From an uncultured Verrucomicrobiota bacterium (GTDB lineage Bacteria > Verrucomicrobiota > Verrucomicrobiia > Limisphaerales > CAYQCZ01): a DNA stretch of 29,276 bases. This document shows positions 16,022 to 23,833 of the stretch, in pieces; positions within the stretch are counted from its first letter, which is position 1; each line of letters begins with the position of its first letter. Location of the stretch: contig CAYQCZ010000002.1 of assembly GCA_964415955.1 (NCBI GenBank), positions 1-29,276 of the forward strand, written 5' to 3'. The notes below the pieces were generated by a model. The model did no database searches and was not told the DNA's origin. It was given only the letters and a program-made list of their open reading frames with translations. The translations under genes were made by a program, and so were the position numbers.

Positions 16022-18001
16022 GTGGACATCCGCCTTCGCACACTATCCAGCATGGCCTGTCTGTGGCTGCACGTGGCCGCCGTGGCATCTGCCGCCGAAC
16101 CCCTTCACATGATCGTCATGGACCCGCTGGCCGCGCCGCTGGCTTGCGCCTGCGTGCCCGGCACGGGCCAGCGCCGTTACGACGAGCTGGCGAAGCACTT
16201 CGAAGCGCACCTGAGCCGCCCGGTGCAGGTCACTTTCGATGAAAGCCTGAAGCTCGCCCGTGAACGCACCGGCGGCCGCGCCGACATCATCATCGGCAAG
16301 GATTCCATGGTGCGTCACGATGCCGCAAAAGCCGGTCTGAACATCCACACCATCGCCGCGCTCACGGACAACTCCGGCTCCACCACCTTCAAGGGCGTGT
16401 TCCTGGTGGCAAAGAATTTTCCCGCGCGCTCGCTCCGGCAGTTGGCTGGCAAGCGCATCGGCCTGGGGCCCGCCGAGGAGGAGGAATCGCACGGTGCCGC
16501 GCGGCGCGCGTTGACGGGTGTCGCCGTGGCATGGAAACACTTTGGCAGCATGGATGCCGCCGCAATCGCCATGAACGACGGCGAGGTGGATGCGGCGGTG
16601 GTTTCCGATTTCCTGCCGCGGCTGCTGGAAGGCTGCGGCAAGCTCGACAAAGGCGAGTTCAAGGTGATTGGCGAAACTGCGCCCTTGGCGTTCATCCGCG
16701 TGTTCGCAAACACGACCGTGGACACGGCTTTGGAGGAAAGGATTGTGCAGGGGTTGCTGGCAGTGGCGGACCAGCCGGCATTGCTGGCGGCGATGGAAAG
16801 CAAATCGGGTTTTGTGAAACCGGGCGGGGAATCTGTGACGGCCTGGACGGACTGGCGTGGGCCGAACCGCGCCGGTGTCGTGCCGCAATTGCCGCAGTCG
16901 CTGCCTGCGCAGTTGCCCGTGATCTGGCGCGCCGGACTGACCGGTCCCGCAATGGCCGGACCGGCGGCCACGGAGGAACTGGTCGTCGTGCCGGACAAAT
17001 CGGAGGACTTCAAACGCGACGTGTTCCGCTGCCTGAGTGCAAAGGACGGCGCCACACGCTGGACCTACAGCCACCCGGCGCCGGACGATCTGGAGTATTC
17101 CAACGCGCCCCGCGCCACGCCGGTGATCCATGACGGGCGCGTGTATGTGCAGGGTGCGTTGGGGCATCTGCACTGCCTGGAACTGGCCACGGGCAAGGTC
17201 CTCTGGCAGGTGCATCTCTACACGGATTTCGGTGCTGACAAACTCACCTGGGGCACGTCCGTGCCGCCGCTTGTCGTGGATGATGTGTTGATCGTCGCGC
17301 CCGGCGCGAAGCACGCCTCGGTGGCTGCGCTTGATTTGAAAACCGGCCGCGTCCGCTGGCAGACACCCGGCCATTCCGCCGCCTACTCCGCCTTCATCCG
17401 CGCCACGTTCGATGGCGTGGACCAGATCATCGGCTACGATGTCGCCGGTCTGGGCGGGTGGAATCCCAAGACCGGCCAGCGCCTCTGGGAACTGGTGCCG
17501 CCCGGCGGTGCGGATTTCAATGTCACCACGCCCGTCGTGCTGGGCAACCAACTGCTGCTCGCCGCCGAGAACAACGCCACGCGCCTGCATTCCTTTGATG
17601 GCAAAGGCCGCATCGTTCAACAGCCCGCTTCGCAGAACAAAGACATGGCCCCGGATACATGCACGCCCGCCGTGGTGAACGGGCGTGTGTTCGCCACCGC
17701 GTATGGAGAACTGTTCTGTCTCGATGCGCGCGACGGCTTGAAGACCATCTGGCGCAAGGCCGACGACATGTTCCACGACCACTCGAACATTGTTGCCGGG
17801 AAGGATCATGTGCTGGTCTGGACGATGTCCGGCGACCTGCTGCTGGTGGATGCCATGGCGGACAGCTACAAAGTGATTTCCCACCTGCGTCCGCTGGTGG
17901 AGAAACACCCCGACTCCATGGCGCATCCCGCGTTTGCCGGGGACCGCATTTATCTCCGATCGCCAAGGGAGCTGCTGTGTTTGCGGCTGACCCGGCCGTA
18001 G
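16022..18001 (+). CDS. fusion of PhnD/SsuA-like substrate-binding domain (CxC motif) and BamB/PQQ-like beta-propeller
   Basis: N-terminal MDPLAAPLACACVPG and SLRQLAGKRIGLGP; C-terminal WTDWRGPNRAG, RATPVIHDGRVY and repeated D..TG...W blades. Confidence 0.8.
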   Translation: MDIRLRTLSSMACLWLHVAAVASAAEPLHMIVMDPLAAPLACACVPGTGQRRYDELAKHFEAHLSRPVQVTFDESLKLARERTGGRADIIIGKDSMVRHDAAKAGLNIHTIAALTDNSGSTTFKGVFLVAKNFPARSLRQLAGKRIGLGPAEEEESHGAARRALTGVAVAWKHFGSMDAAAIAMNDGEVDAAVVSDFLPRLLEGCGKLDKGEFKVIGETAPLAFIRVFANTTVDTALEERIVQGLLAVADQPALLAAMESKSGFVKPGGESVTAWTDWRGPNRAGVVPQLPQSLPAQLPVIWRAGLTGPAMAGPAATEELVVVPDKSEDFKRDVFRCLSAKDGATRWTYSHPAPDDLEYSNAPRATPVIHDGRVYVQGALGHLHCLELATGKVLWQVHLYTDFGADKLTWGTSVPPLVVDDVLIVAPGAKHASVAALDLKTGRVRWQTPGHSAAYSAFIRATFDGVDQIIGYDVAGLGGWNPKTGQRLWELVPPGGADFNVTTPVVLGNQLLLAAENNATRLHSFDGKGRIVQQPASQNKDMAPDTCTPAVVNGRVFATAYGELFCLDARDGLKTIWRKADDMFHDHSNIVAGKDHVLVWTMSGDLLLVDAMADSYKVISHLRPLVEKHPDSMAHPAFAGDRIYLRSPRELLCLRLTRP

Positions 18002-18009
18002 TTCGTCGT

Positions 18010-18513
18010 TCAATCAACGGACAGCGCCGTCTGAATCCGCCGCACCAGCCGCACCGAGCCCGTGCCGCGCCGCTTCAACTCATGCTCCCACACGCGCAGC
18101 ACACGCCAGCCCGCCCTGCGCAACGCACGGTTCACCCGCCGGTCCCGCGCCGCGTTCGCCGCCAGCTTCTTCCGCCAGAACACACCATTCTGCTTCGGTT
18201 TCGTGGCGTGCTTCGGACAACCATGCCAGAAACAACCGTCCACGAAGATCACCGTCCGTTGTTTGGGAAATACGAAGTCGGGACGGACGGTGAGTTGATG
18301 GTCGTTGGATGATGGTCGATGGGTGCCACGCTGTTTCCGCCCATCAACCCTCAACCGTGAACCCCCAACCGCGATGCGCAGATGTCTTCTCCACCCTGAA
18401 ATCCGGTGTGCACGGAGCAACCGCACCAGCGCCAGCTCCGTGTCCTTGTTGCCCCGCGAACGGATGCGCGACATCACCGCGCTGCGCTTCGCTTTGGAAA
18501 AGACATCGGCCAC
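18010..18513 (-). CDS. vsr: very short patch repair endonuclease with an internal insertion
   Basis: DVFSKAKRSAVMSRIRSRGNKDTE, RPDFVF, FVDGCFWHGCP, FWRKKLAANAARD, GWRVLRVWEHE. Confidence 0.92.
   Translation of the reverse strand: MADVFSKAKRSAVMSRIRSRGNKDTELALVRLLRAHRISGWRRHLRIAVGGSRLRVDGRKQRGTHRPSSNDHQLTVRPDFVFPKQRTVIFVDGCFWHGCPKHATKPKQNGVFWRKKLAANAARDRRVNRALRRAGWRVLRVWEHELKRRGTGSVRLVRRIQTALSVD
18291..18375. repeat. inverted pair of degenerate heptamer arrays inside vsr
   Basis: TTGATGG-like x4 (18295-18322) facing CCATCAA-like x5 (18341-18375). Confidence 0.75.
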
Positions 18514-18753
18514 GCACGAGTCTTACCACGCACCGTTGCGGATACAATGGCCCGGGGATGGCGCGCTGGCGTCACTCCCCGCCCCGCCGTTGGAATCCTG
18601 CTCGCACCCGGTGACGCTTTCTGATTCACTGGGGTTGTGCCGGTCGAATCCGGAATTTCCGCGCCCATCGATTGGATCGCGATCATACCCACCTCAGGCA
18701 CTTCCCCCCCGCCGCGGGACCAGCGCGGCGCAGCATGCGAAAGGCACAGTCTC

Positions 18754-18933
18754 ATGAGCTTCGAAAAACAGATGGACCAATACTTCAAACGAAACTGCTA
18801 CTACACCAACGAACTGAGGAAGGTGGTGGACACCCCCGCCTACAAGCTCGCCGCAGAGCAAAAGGACGTCATCAAGGCGCAGGAAATCGTCACCCAGACC
18901 CTCGAAGGCCGCCAAACACCCTCGAAACCATGA
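18754..18933 (+). CDS. 59-aa hypothetical protein
   Basis: Strong G/C third-position bias; ATGA overlap with the next ORF. Confidence 0.6.
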   Translation: MSFEKQMDQYFKRNCYYTNELRKVVDTPAYKLAAEQKDVIKAQEIVTQTLEGRQTPSKP

Positions 18934-19166
18934 GCAAAACCAAAAACGCAACCACAGGTGTGGGATACACCGGCGAGATCATGGTCCACAAGATCACCCA
19001 GGCCATCGGCATCGTGGACAGTGTCACCGAGGCCCGGGAAGGCTGGCCGCCGTCCATCAAGCTCAAACTCCCCGATGGCACCCTCATCAAGGGCAGGCTC
19101 AGCAACTTCCGAGAGGCCACCGCCAGGGAACGCCATCAGCACCTCGCCGACGGCCAGAAGACCTGA
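18930..19166 (+). CDS. 78-aa hypothetical protein, possibly a small beta-barrel
   Basis: Coding-like codon bias; alternating beta-strand pattern (MVHKITQAIGIVDSV, IKLKLPDGTLIKGR). Confidence 0.65.
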   Translation: MSKTKNATTGVGYTGEIMVHKITQAIGIVDSVTEAREGWPPSIKLKLPDGTLIKGRLSNFREATARERHQHLADGQKT

Positions 19167-19261
19167 ACCACACCCCGAACTGCCCGGCTGCGACCACGAA
19201 TGAACATGGTTTCAGATCGGCTGATCTCAACTGACGCCTTCAACCCGGACCGCATGGAGGT

Positions 19262-19627
19262 TCACCAGCGTGGGGCTTTGAGCAGCGCCTCCACCCGCCC
19301 CGGATAATCCTCAACAATGTCAGCGACCATTCCGCCCGAGGCCATGGACCCGCTCAGATCGAGCAGGATGGTCGCACGGAGGTTGGTTTCCTCCTCGTAT
19401 TCGCGGACGTAAAACCGGTCCGTCTTGCCAAACACCTTCCAGTCGATGCAGCGGATTTCATCGCCCTGGACGTATTGGCGGTGCTGGGCAAACTCCATGC
19501 TGAAGCCCTTGTGCGGCGAGCGGTGCAGGCCGGAATAGAAGCCCTCCACCACCAGACGCGCCACCACCTGCAGATTGGAAATCTTCTGCAGCTCGGCAGG
19601 CGACAGGAAATCAGCGACGTGGGCCAT
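19262..19627 (-). pseudogene. truncated DUF58 (MoxR-associated vWA-like) gene
   Basis: [32 protein letters not shown]...ILLDLSGSM, then an unrelated tail and stop at 121 aa; family members are ~300 aa. Confidence 0.8.
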
Positions 19628-19650
19628 GCAATAACGCTGGAAATGAAAAC

Positions 19651-19680
19651 CACAGATGAATGCCGTTGAACACAGATTTC
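19651..19680. repeat. degenerate 10-mer tandem repeat (CACAGATGAA unit x3)
   Basis: CACAGATGAA / TGCCGTTGAA / CACAGATTTC. Confidence 0.4.
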
Positions 19681-19801
19681 CGCTAGGAAGTGAGCAGTTT
19701 GCCAAACTTCGCCCTACCACTTTCATCCATCTCGATATGCACGGCCATGCGCGTTTGAAACCTTCGCCGGCAATTTCTTCGTCGCGTCCGTGCGATTCAT
19801 T

Positions 19802-19825
19802 GTAGCAGCCAACGTAAGCTGGCTC
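19802..19825 (+). repeat. GTAG-type REP copy 1
   Basis: GTAGC-AGCCAAC-GTAA-GCTGGCT-C. Confidence 0.85.
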
Positions 19826-19873
19826 ATTCTATGTTTGAGCGGGTCATGTGGATGCTTCGCAGAATCAAATTCA

Positions 19874-19897
19874 GAGCGGACTGACTTCCGCTGCTAC
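19874..19897 (-). repeat. GTAG-type REP copy 2 (inverted doublet with copy 1)
   Basis: GTAGC-AGCGGAA-GTCA-GTCCGCT-C on the minus strand. Confidence 0.85.
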
Positions 19898-19951
19898 AGA
19901 CTGAGGTGATCCCGCTCGTGGCGTGTGGCGTGGTCGAGCACATCAACGATT

Positions 19952-19975
19952 GTAGCAGCCGACGTGAGTCGGCTC
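19952..19975 (+). repeat. GTAG-type REP copy 3
   Basis: GTAGC-AGCCGAC-GTGA-GTCGGCT-C, perfect 7-bp stem. Confidence 0.9.
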
Positions 19976-20022
19976 ACTCCTTCTTCGTGCGATTTCAATG
20001 GCGCGAGCATGGTGCAAAGTTT

Positions 20023-20046
20023 GAGCGGACTCACGTCCACTGCTAC
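20023..20046 (-). repeat. GTAG-type REP copy 4 (inverted doublet with copy 3)
   Basis: GTAGC-AGTGGAC-GTGA-GTCCGCT-C on the minus strand. Confidence 0.88.
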
Positions 20047-20049
20047 GGG

Positions 20050-20664
20050 TCAAAATGGTGGCCTCGTAATCTTTCCGGCGTCGGGAGCAATCGCAGCCAG
20101 ATAGAGCTTCCAGAACTTTGGCCAGAAATCTCCCTCCAGCGGATGCATGGCTGGATAGCCGGGGATGATCGCAGTGCAGAACTTCCATTCCTTGGTATGC
20201 TCGACCAACCCCTCTTTCCGGGCATTATCAACGATGTAGAAGCAGACCTTGGCGAAGGCGTTGCGTTTTCGTTGCTCGACTCACAGGACGCGGTCGTGTG
20301 CCTGATGTTGGAAACGATGCGGACGCAGCTTTACCGCGAGGTGTTCGCGCAGAAACTTCATGCCGTTCTTTTGGTCAGTTTCGCGTCGGATGCCCATCCA
20401 GACGAGATGAATGTGGTCCGGCATCAGGCAATAGGTCGGGCAGAAGAGTCCTTCGCGCACGGCGGCGTGGAGCAAGACTTCACGGAAGTGGGCGTGAAAC
20501 GCATCGTTCAACCAGCCTGTGCCGCGCATCGCAATGGGCATGGTCCAATGAACGACGGAGTCGGCCTGGTAATATTCGCGCGGGAGACGCTGCAGGTAGA
20601 AGGCCCGATTTGTGCCTGAGCCGTTGAGCGGGGTTGCGCCATCAGGTTGATCGGGCGGGTTCAT
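20050..20664 (-). mobile_element. REP-associated tyrosine transposase (RAYT, Y1 HUH family) with an in-frame TGA at 20281-20283
   Basis: YCLMPDHIH HUH motif and FQHQAHDRVL. After the TGA the same frame reads VEQRKRNAFAKVCFYIVDNA...WKFCTAIIPGYP...FWPKFWKLY to a TGA at 20050-20052; flanked by REPs. Confidence 0.88.
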
Positions 20665-20671
20665 TTGATCA

Positions 20672-20695
20672 GAGCGGACTCACGTCCGCTGCTAC
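20672..20695 (-). repeat. GTAG-type REP copy 5, just upstream of the RAYT start
   Basis: GTAGC-AGCGGAC-GTGA-GTCCGCT-C, perfect stem, 7 nt before the ATG. Confidence 0.9.
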
Positions 20696-20771
20696 AGGTC
20701 AGAATGCAGAGGCCGTGCAAGATCTTGCAGTCCCGCATCGGGTAGGCCTTCCTGACGCCCACAGGCCAAAC

Positions 20772-21752
20772 TCACCGATTCGGCGCGAGCTTACCGATGT
20801 CGATCATGTCGGAGAAGCGTGGCAGTTGTTCCCATTCCCTGCCGCTTTCGTAGAACTCACCATCAAAGGAGATGTTCAGCACTTCGTCGTGAAGGTGGCA
20901 GCGCACGATGGGTGTCGCACCGCCCACGAGTGACATCACGCGTTGACGCCAGGCTTTCATGGTGATGGCTGCGCCGCCCGCGTAGGCGGCAGGCACGGGA
21001 CGGTTGGCAAATTCGTAGGTGTAGGACGTGGTCAGCTTGGGGTCCTCCAGCCCGAACAACAGTTCCCCGGCGTGTTTGCCGGAAGGGCACAGCAGATCAT
21101 GGGCTGACAGATATTTGGGAACGAGGCTTGAGAGATGGTCGGGCGTGTCCTTGTGCTCCTTGCGATGCGCCTGGATGGCCACGTAAATGCGCTCCAGATG
21201 TTTGCGGCATTCGGCCTTTGCACGCGTGTCTGCCGCACGGGAAGGCTTCTTCGGCTCAGCGGGTTCGGGTTGGGGTGTGGAAGGTTTGATCTTCACCACT
21301 TCGACAGGCTCGATCTTTGGCTCGGGCATTTTCTCGGGCTTGGGAATCTTCGCCAGGATGGCCTCCACCTCACCGGCGCCTTGCTTGGTCTTCAGAAACG
21401 TCGTGGTCAGGCGCTCCCTGCCTTCCACGATCAGGTCGTCGTCATAGAAGCGGTAGGCAAAGGAAAGGGATTCACCCGTCGCCGCATCCGTCAGCACGAA
21501 GCGCCCGCTCTCGGCGATGTAATGGCCGGACAGCGTGCGCGACTGTTCCTGCCAGGCAAATGCGCCGGCCCGGTTGAAGGTGAGCATGATGATGTCAGCG
21601 GGCTGGTGCGTGCCCTTCTTGCTGTCGGCAAAGCTGATCCAGTGACCGACGAGTTTTTTGTCCGAACGGGACGCGGCGGAAGCCGGCGTGGCGGCAAAGG
21701 CAAGGCATCCCAGGACGAGAGCGAGCGCGTGGTGGAGAATGGAGGTCTTCAT
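20772..21752 (-). CDS. exported two-domain hypothetical protein (beta-rich N-domain, Pro/Lys linker, pilin-head-like C-domain)
   Basis: Signal peptide MKTSILHHALALVLGCLAFAATPASA; PEKMPEPKIEP linker; ECRKHLERIYVAI...LSSLVPKYL...LCPS...SYTY. Confidence 0.7.
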   Translation of the reverse strand: MKTSILHHALALVLGCLAFAATPASAASRSDKKLVGHWISFADSKKGTHQPADIIMLTFNRAGAFAWQEQSRTLSGHYIAESGRFVLTDAATGESLSFAYRFYDDDLIVEGRERLTTTFLKTKQGAGEVEAILAKIPKPEKMPEPKIEPVEVVKIKPSTPQPEPAEPKKPSRAADTRAKAECRKHLERIYVAIQAHRKEHKDTPDHLSSLVPKYLSAHDLLCPSGKHAGELLFGLEDPKLTTSYTYEFANRPVPAAYAGGAAITMKAWRQRVMSLVGGATPIVRCHLHDEVLNISFDGEFYESGREWEQLPRFSDMIDIGKLAPNR

Positions 21753-21982
21753 CTTGGCGTGAAACATGATTACGGCACCGCAGTTACTAAAGGAATCGCC
21801 GGTCCGCGTCACTCCCGAAGTGGATTCAGGCCGGATTCCCAAGAGGGAATGCCGAAAGAAACGAAACAGCACGAAAAACCTGACACTTCATTCGTTCTCC
21901 GTTCGGAAAGATAATGAGAATCCATGCGGTTGGGCTTTTTTTGCTTCCTTCCACTCTTTTCGGCCAGCTTTGGTTTTCGGAT

Positions 21983-22468
21983 TCAAGCCGCCTTCACAAC
22001 ATCGCCGGGGTGGATGACGCCACCCTTCACCACGGTCGCCAGCACGCCCTGTTTTCCGTCCTCCATCAGTTCCCGCAGACCCTGCGCCAATGCGTCCATC
22101 TGATGACACGGTGTGCGGGGCGCATGGAAATGCAGCACGGCTTCGCCCACCTGCACATCCCGGCCGATCAGGGAGACGAGGCTGATGCCTGTGGTTTCGA
22201 TGTTGGATCGCGCCTGGCCCGGTGAAAAGGAAACCACACCCAGCGCGGCGGCGTGTTGCTCCAGTTGCTCGCGCTCGATCAAGGTGACCTTGCGACGGCT
22301 TTTGCGGTCGAAGTAGCGTTCGTCTTCCACGATGCCCTTGTCCGCGACCAGTGTGAGTTCGCTTGCAGGAAGCATCGGCCGGCCGGATTGCGGCGGATGC
22401 AGGTGCAGGGAAACGACGGTGCCGGTTTCGGCAATGACAGGTTTCGGGGGCATTTCGGTGTTGGGCAT
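21983..22468 (-). CDS. MOSC domain protein
   Basis: RKVTLIERE, ARSNIETTGI, VGEAVL...PRTPC and GVLATVVKGGVIHPGD. Confidence 0.88.
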   Translation of the reverse strand: MPNTEMPPKPVIAETGTVVSLHLHPPQSGRPMLPASELTLVADKGIVEDERYFDRKSRRKVTLIEREQLEQHAAALGVVSFSPGQARSNIETTGISLVSLIGRDVQVGEAVLHFHAPRTPCHQMDALAQGLRELMEDGKQGVLATVVKGGVIHPGDVVKAA

Positions 22469-22492
22469 GGCTTCTGCGCGCTGCCGGGCTGT

Positions 22493-23599
22493 TCATTCAA
22501 GCGCCGCCTCGCTCCATTTCAGCCCATGCGCTTCGGCCACGGCCTTGCAGGTCAGCTGGCCATCCATGACATTGATGCCGCCCTTGAGGGCGGGTTGGCG
22601 GCGGCAGGCCTCGGCCAGGCCGTGATCCGCGAGAAGTTCCACGTAGCGATAAGTGACATTGGTCAGTGCCTGGGTGGCGGTCCTTGCGTAGGCGCCGGGC
22701 ATGTTGGCCACGCAATAATGGGTGACGCCCTCCTCGACATAGACCGGGTCATGGTGGGTGGTCGGACGGGAAGTTTCGGCGCAGCCGCCCTGATCAATGG
22801 CGATGTCCACCAGCACACTGCCGGGACGCATGCGCCGGAGCATGTCGCGGCGGATGAGCCGGGGTGCTTTGGCACCGGGCACCAGCACGGCACCAATCAA
22901 GAGGTCCACACGCGGCAGTTGCTCCATCAAATGCGCTTCATCTGAATACAACGTGTGCGCCGAGTGCAGCGTGATGTCGAGGAAGCGCATCCGCTCGAAG
23001 TCCACTTCGAGAATGGTTGTGTCCGCGCCCAGTCCGGTGGCCATGCGGGCGGCGTTCACACCGGCAACGCCTCCGCCCAGCACAAGCACGCGGCCGGGCA
23101 GCACGCCAGGCACTCCACCAAGAAGGATGCCGCTGCCGCCGCGATGTGTGGAGAGGTAGTAGCCGCCCACCAGCACGCTCATGCGCCCGGCAATCTCGCT
23201 CATGGGCTCGAGCAACGGCAGGTGATGCCCCACCTGGATGGTTTCGTAGGCCAGCGCAGTGACGCCGGACTTCATCAACGCACCGGTGAGTTCACGGCCG
23301 GCGGCCAGGTGCAGGTAGGTGAACAACAATTGTCCGCGCCGCAACAACGGCCATTCCGGAGGGAGAGGTTCCTTCACCTTCACGATGAGGTCGGCCTGCT
23401 CAAACACTTCATGATGCGCTGCCACCAGTTCCGCACCGGCCTGGGCGTAATCTTCGTCCGGATAACCCGATCCCGCACCCGCGCCACGTTCCACAATCAC
23501 GCGATGGCCGCGGCGGATGAGTTGGTAGGCCGCCGAGGGCAGCAATGCCACCCGGAGTTCCTGCTCCTTGATTTCTTTGGGGACGCCGATGATCATCAT
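22493..23599 (-). CDS. ald: alanine dehydrogenase
   Basis: [46 protein letters not shown] and [10 protein letters not shown]. Confidence 0.95.
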   Translation of the reverse strand: MMIIGVPKEIKEQELRVALLPSAAYQLIRRGHRVIVERGAGAGSGYPDEDYAQAGAELVAAHHEVFEQADLIVKVKEPLPPEWPLLRRGQLLFTYLHLAAGRELTGALMKSGVTALAYETIQVGHHLPLLEPMSEIAGRMSVLVGGYYLSTHRGGSGILLGGVPGVLPGRVLVLGGGVAGVNAARMATGLGADTTILEVDFERMRFLDITLHSAHTLYSDEAHLMEQLPRVDLLIGAVLVPGAKAPRLIRRDMLRRMRPGSVLVDIAIDQGGCAETSRPTTHHDPVYVEEGVTHYCVANMPGAYARTATQALTNVTYRYVELLADHGLAEACRRQPALKGGINVMDGQLTCKAVAEAHGLKWSEAALE

Positions 23600-23833
23600 G
23601 TGAATGAATGAAAAATGTTTGCCGGAAGATAGGCCGGACCGTGTCCATGTCCAAGCATCCGTTCATGGCGGGCAACCACGGGCTGCTGCCGGTGTTTGAG
23701 ATGGACAACCTGGCCGGGCCGGGTGGCTTCTCCCCGCGGGCAAGCCGGTGTCATGTTGGGCCAAAATAGGGCTTGGCGTGGTCCGGCAAAAACGTGAATA
23801 AACGTCGGTTCAAACAGTCTGAAACACGTGCGC

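Noticed and set aside
16043-18013. 656-aa antisense ORF (similarly 8673..10211, 5729..6880, 24275..25603, 11020..12363, 2643..3821)
   Set aside because: These are shadows of real genes on the opposite strand; long stop-free antisense frames are common with high GC3, and they show no motifs.
19802-20046. CRISPR array interpretation of the 24-nt repeats
   Set aside because: The copies alternate in orientation, begin with GTAG and flank a HUH transposase; no cas genes. They are REPs.
20742-20767. Possible sixth REP (GTAGGCCT...AGGCC)
   Set aside because: Only a 4-5 bp stem, and it does not match the 24-nt consensus.
23618-23790. 9-bp inverted repeat TTTGCCGGA / TCCGGCAAA across the ald-DUF1592 intergenic region
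   Set aside because: Short, ~165 bp apart, does not extend, and compatible with chance.
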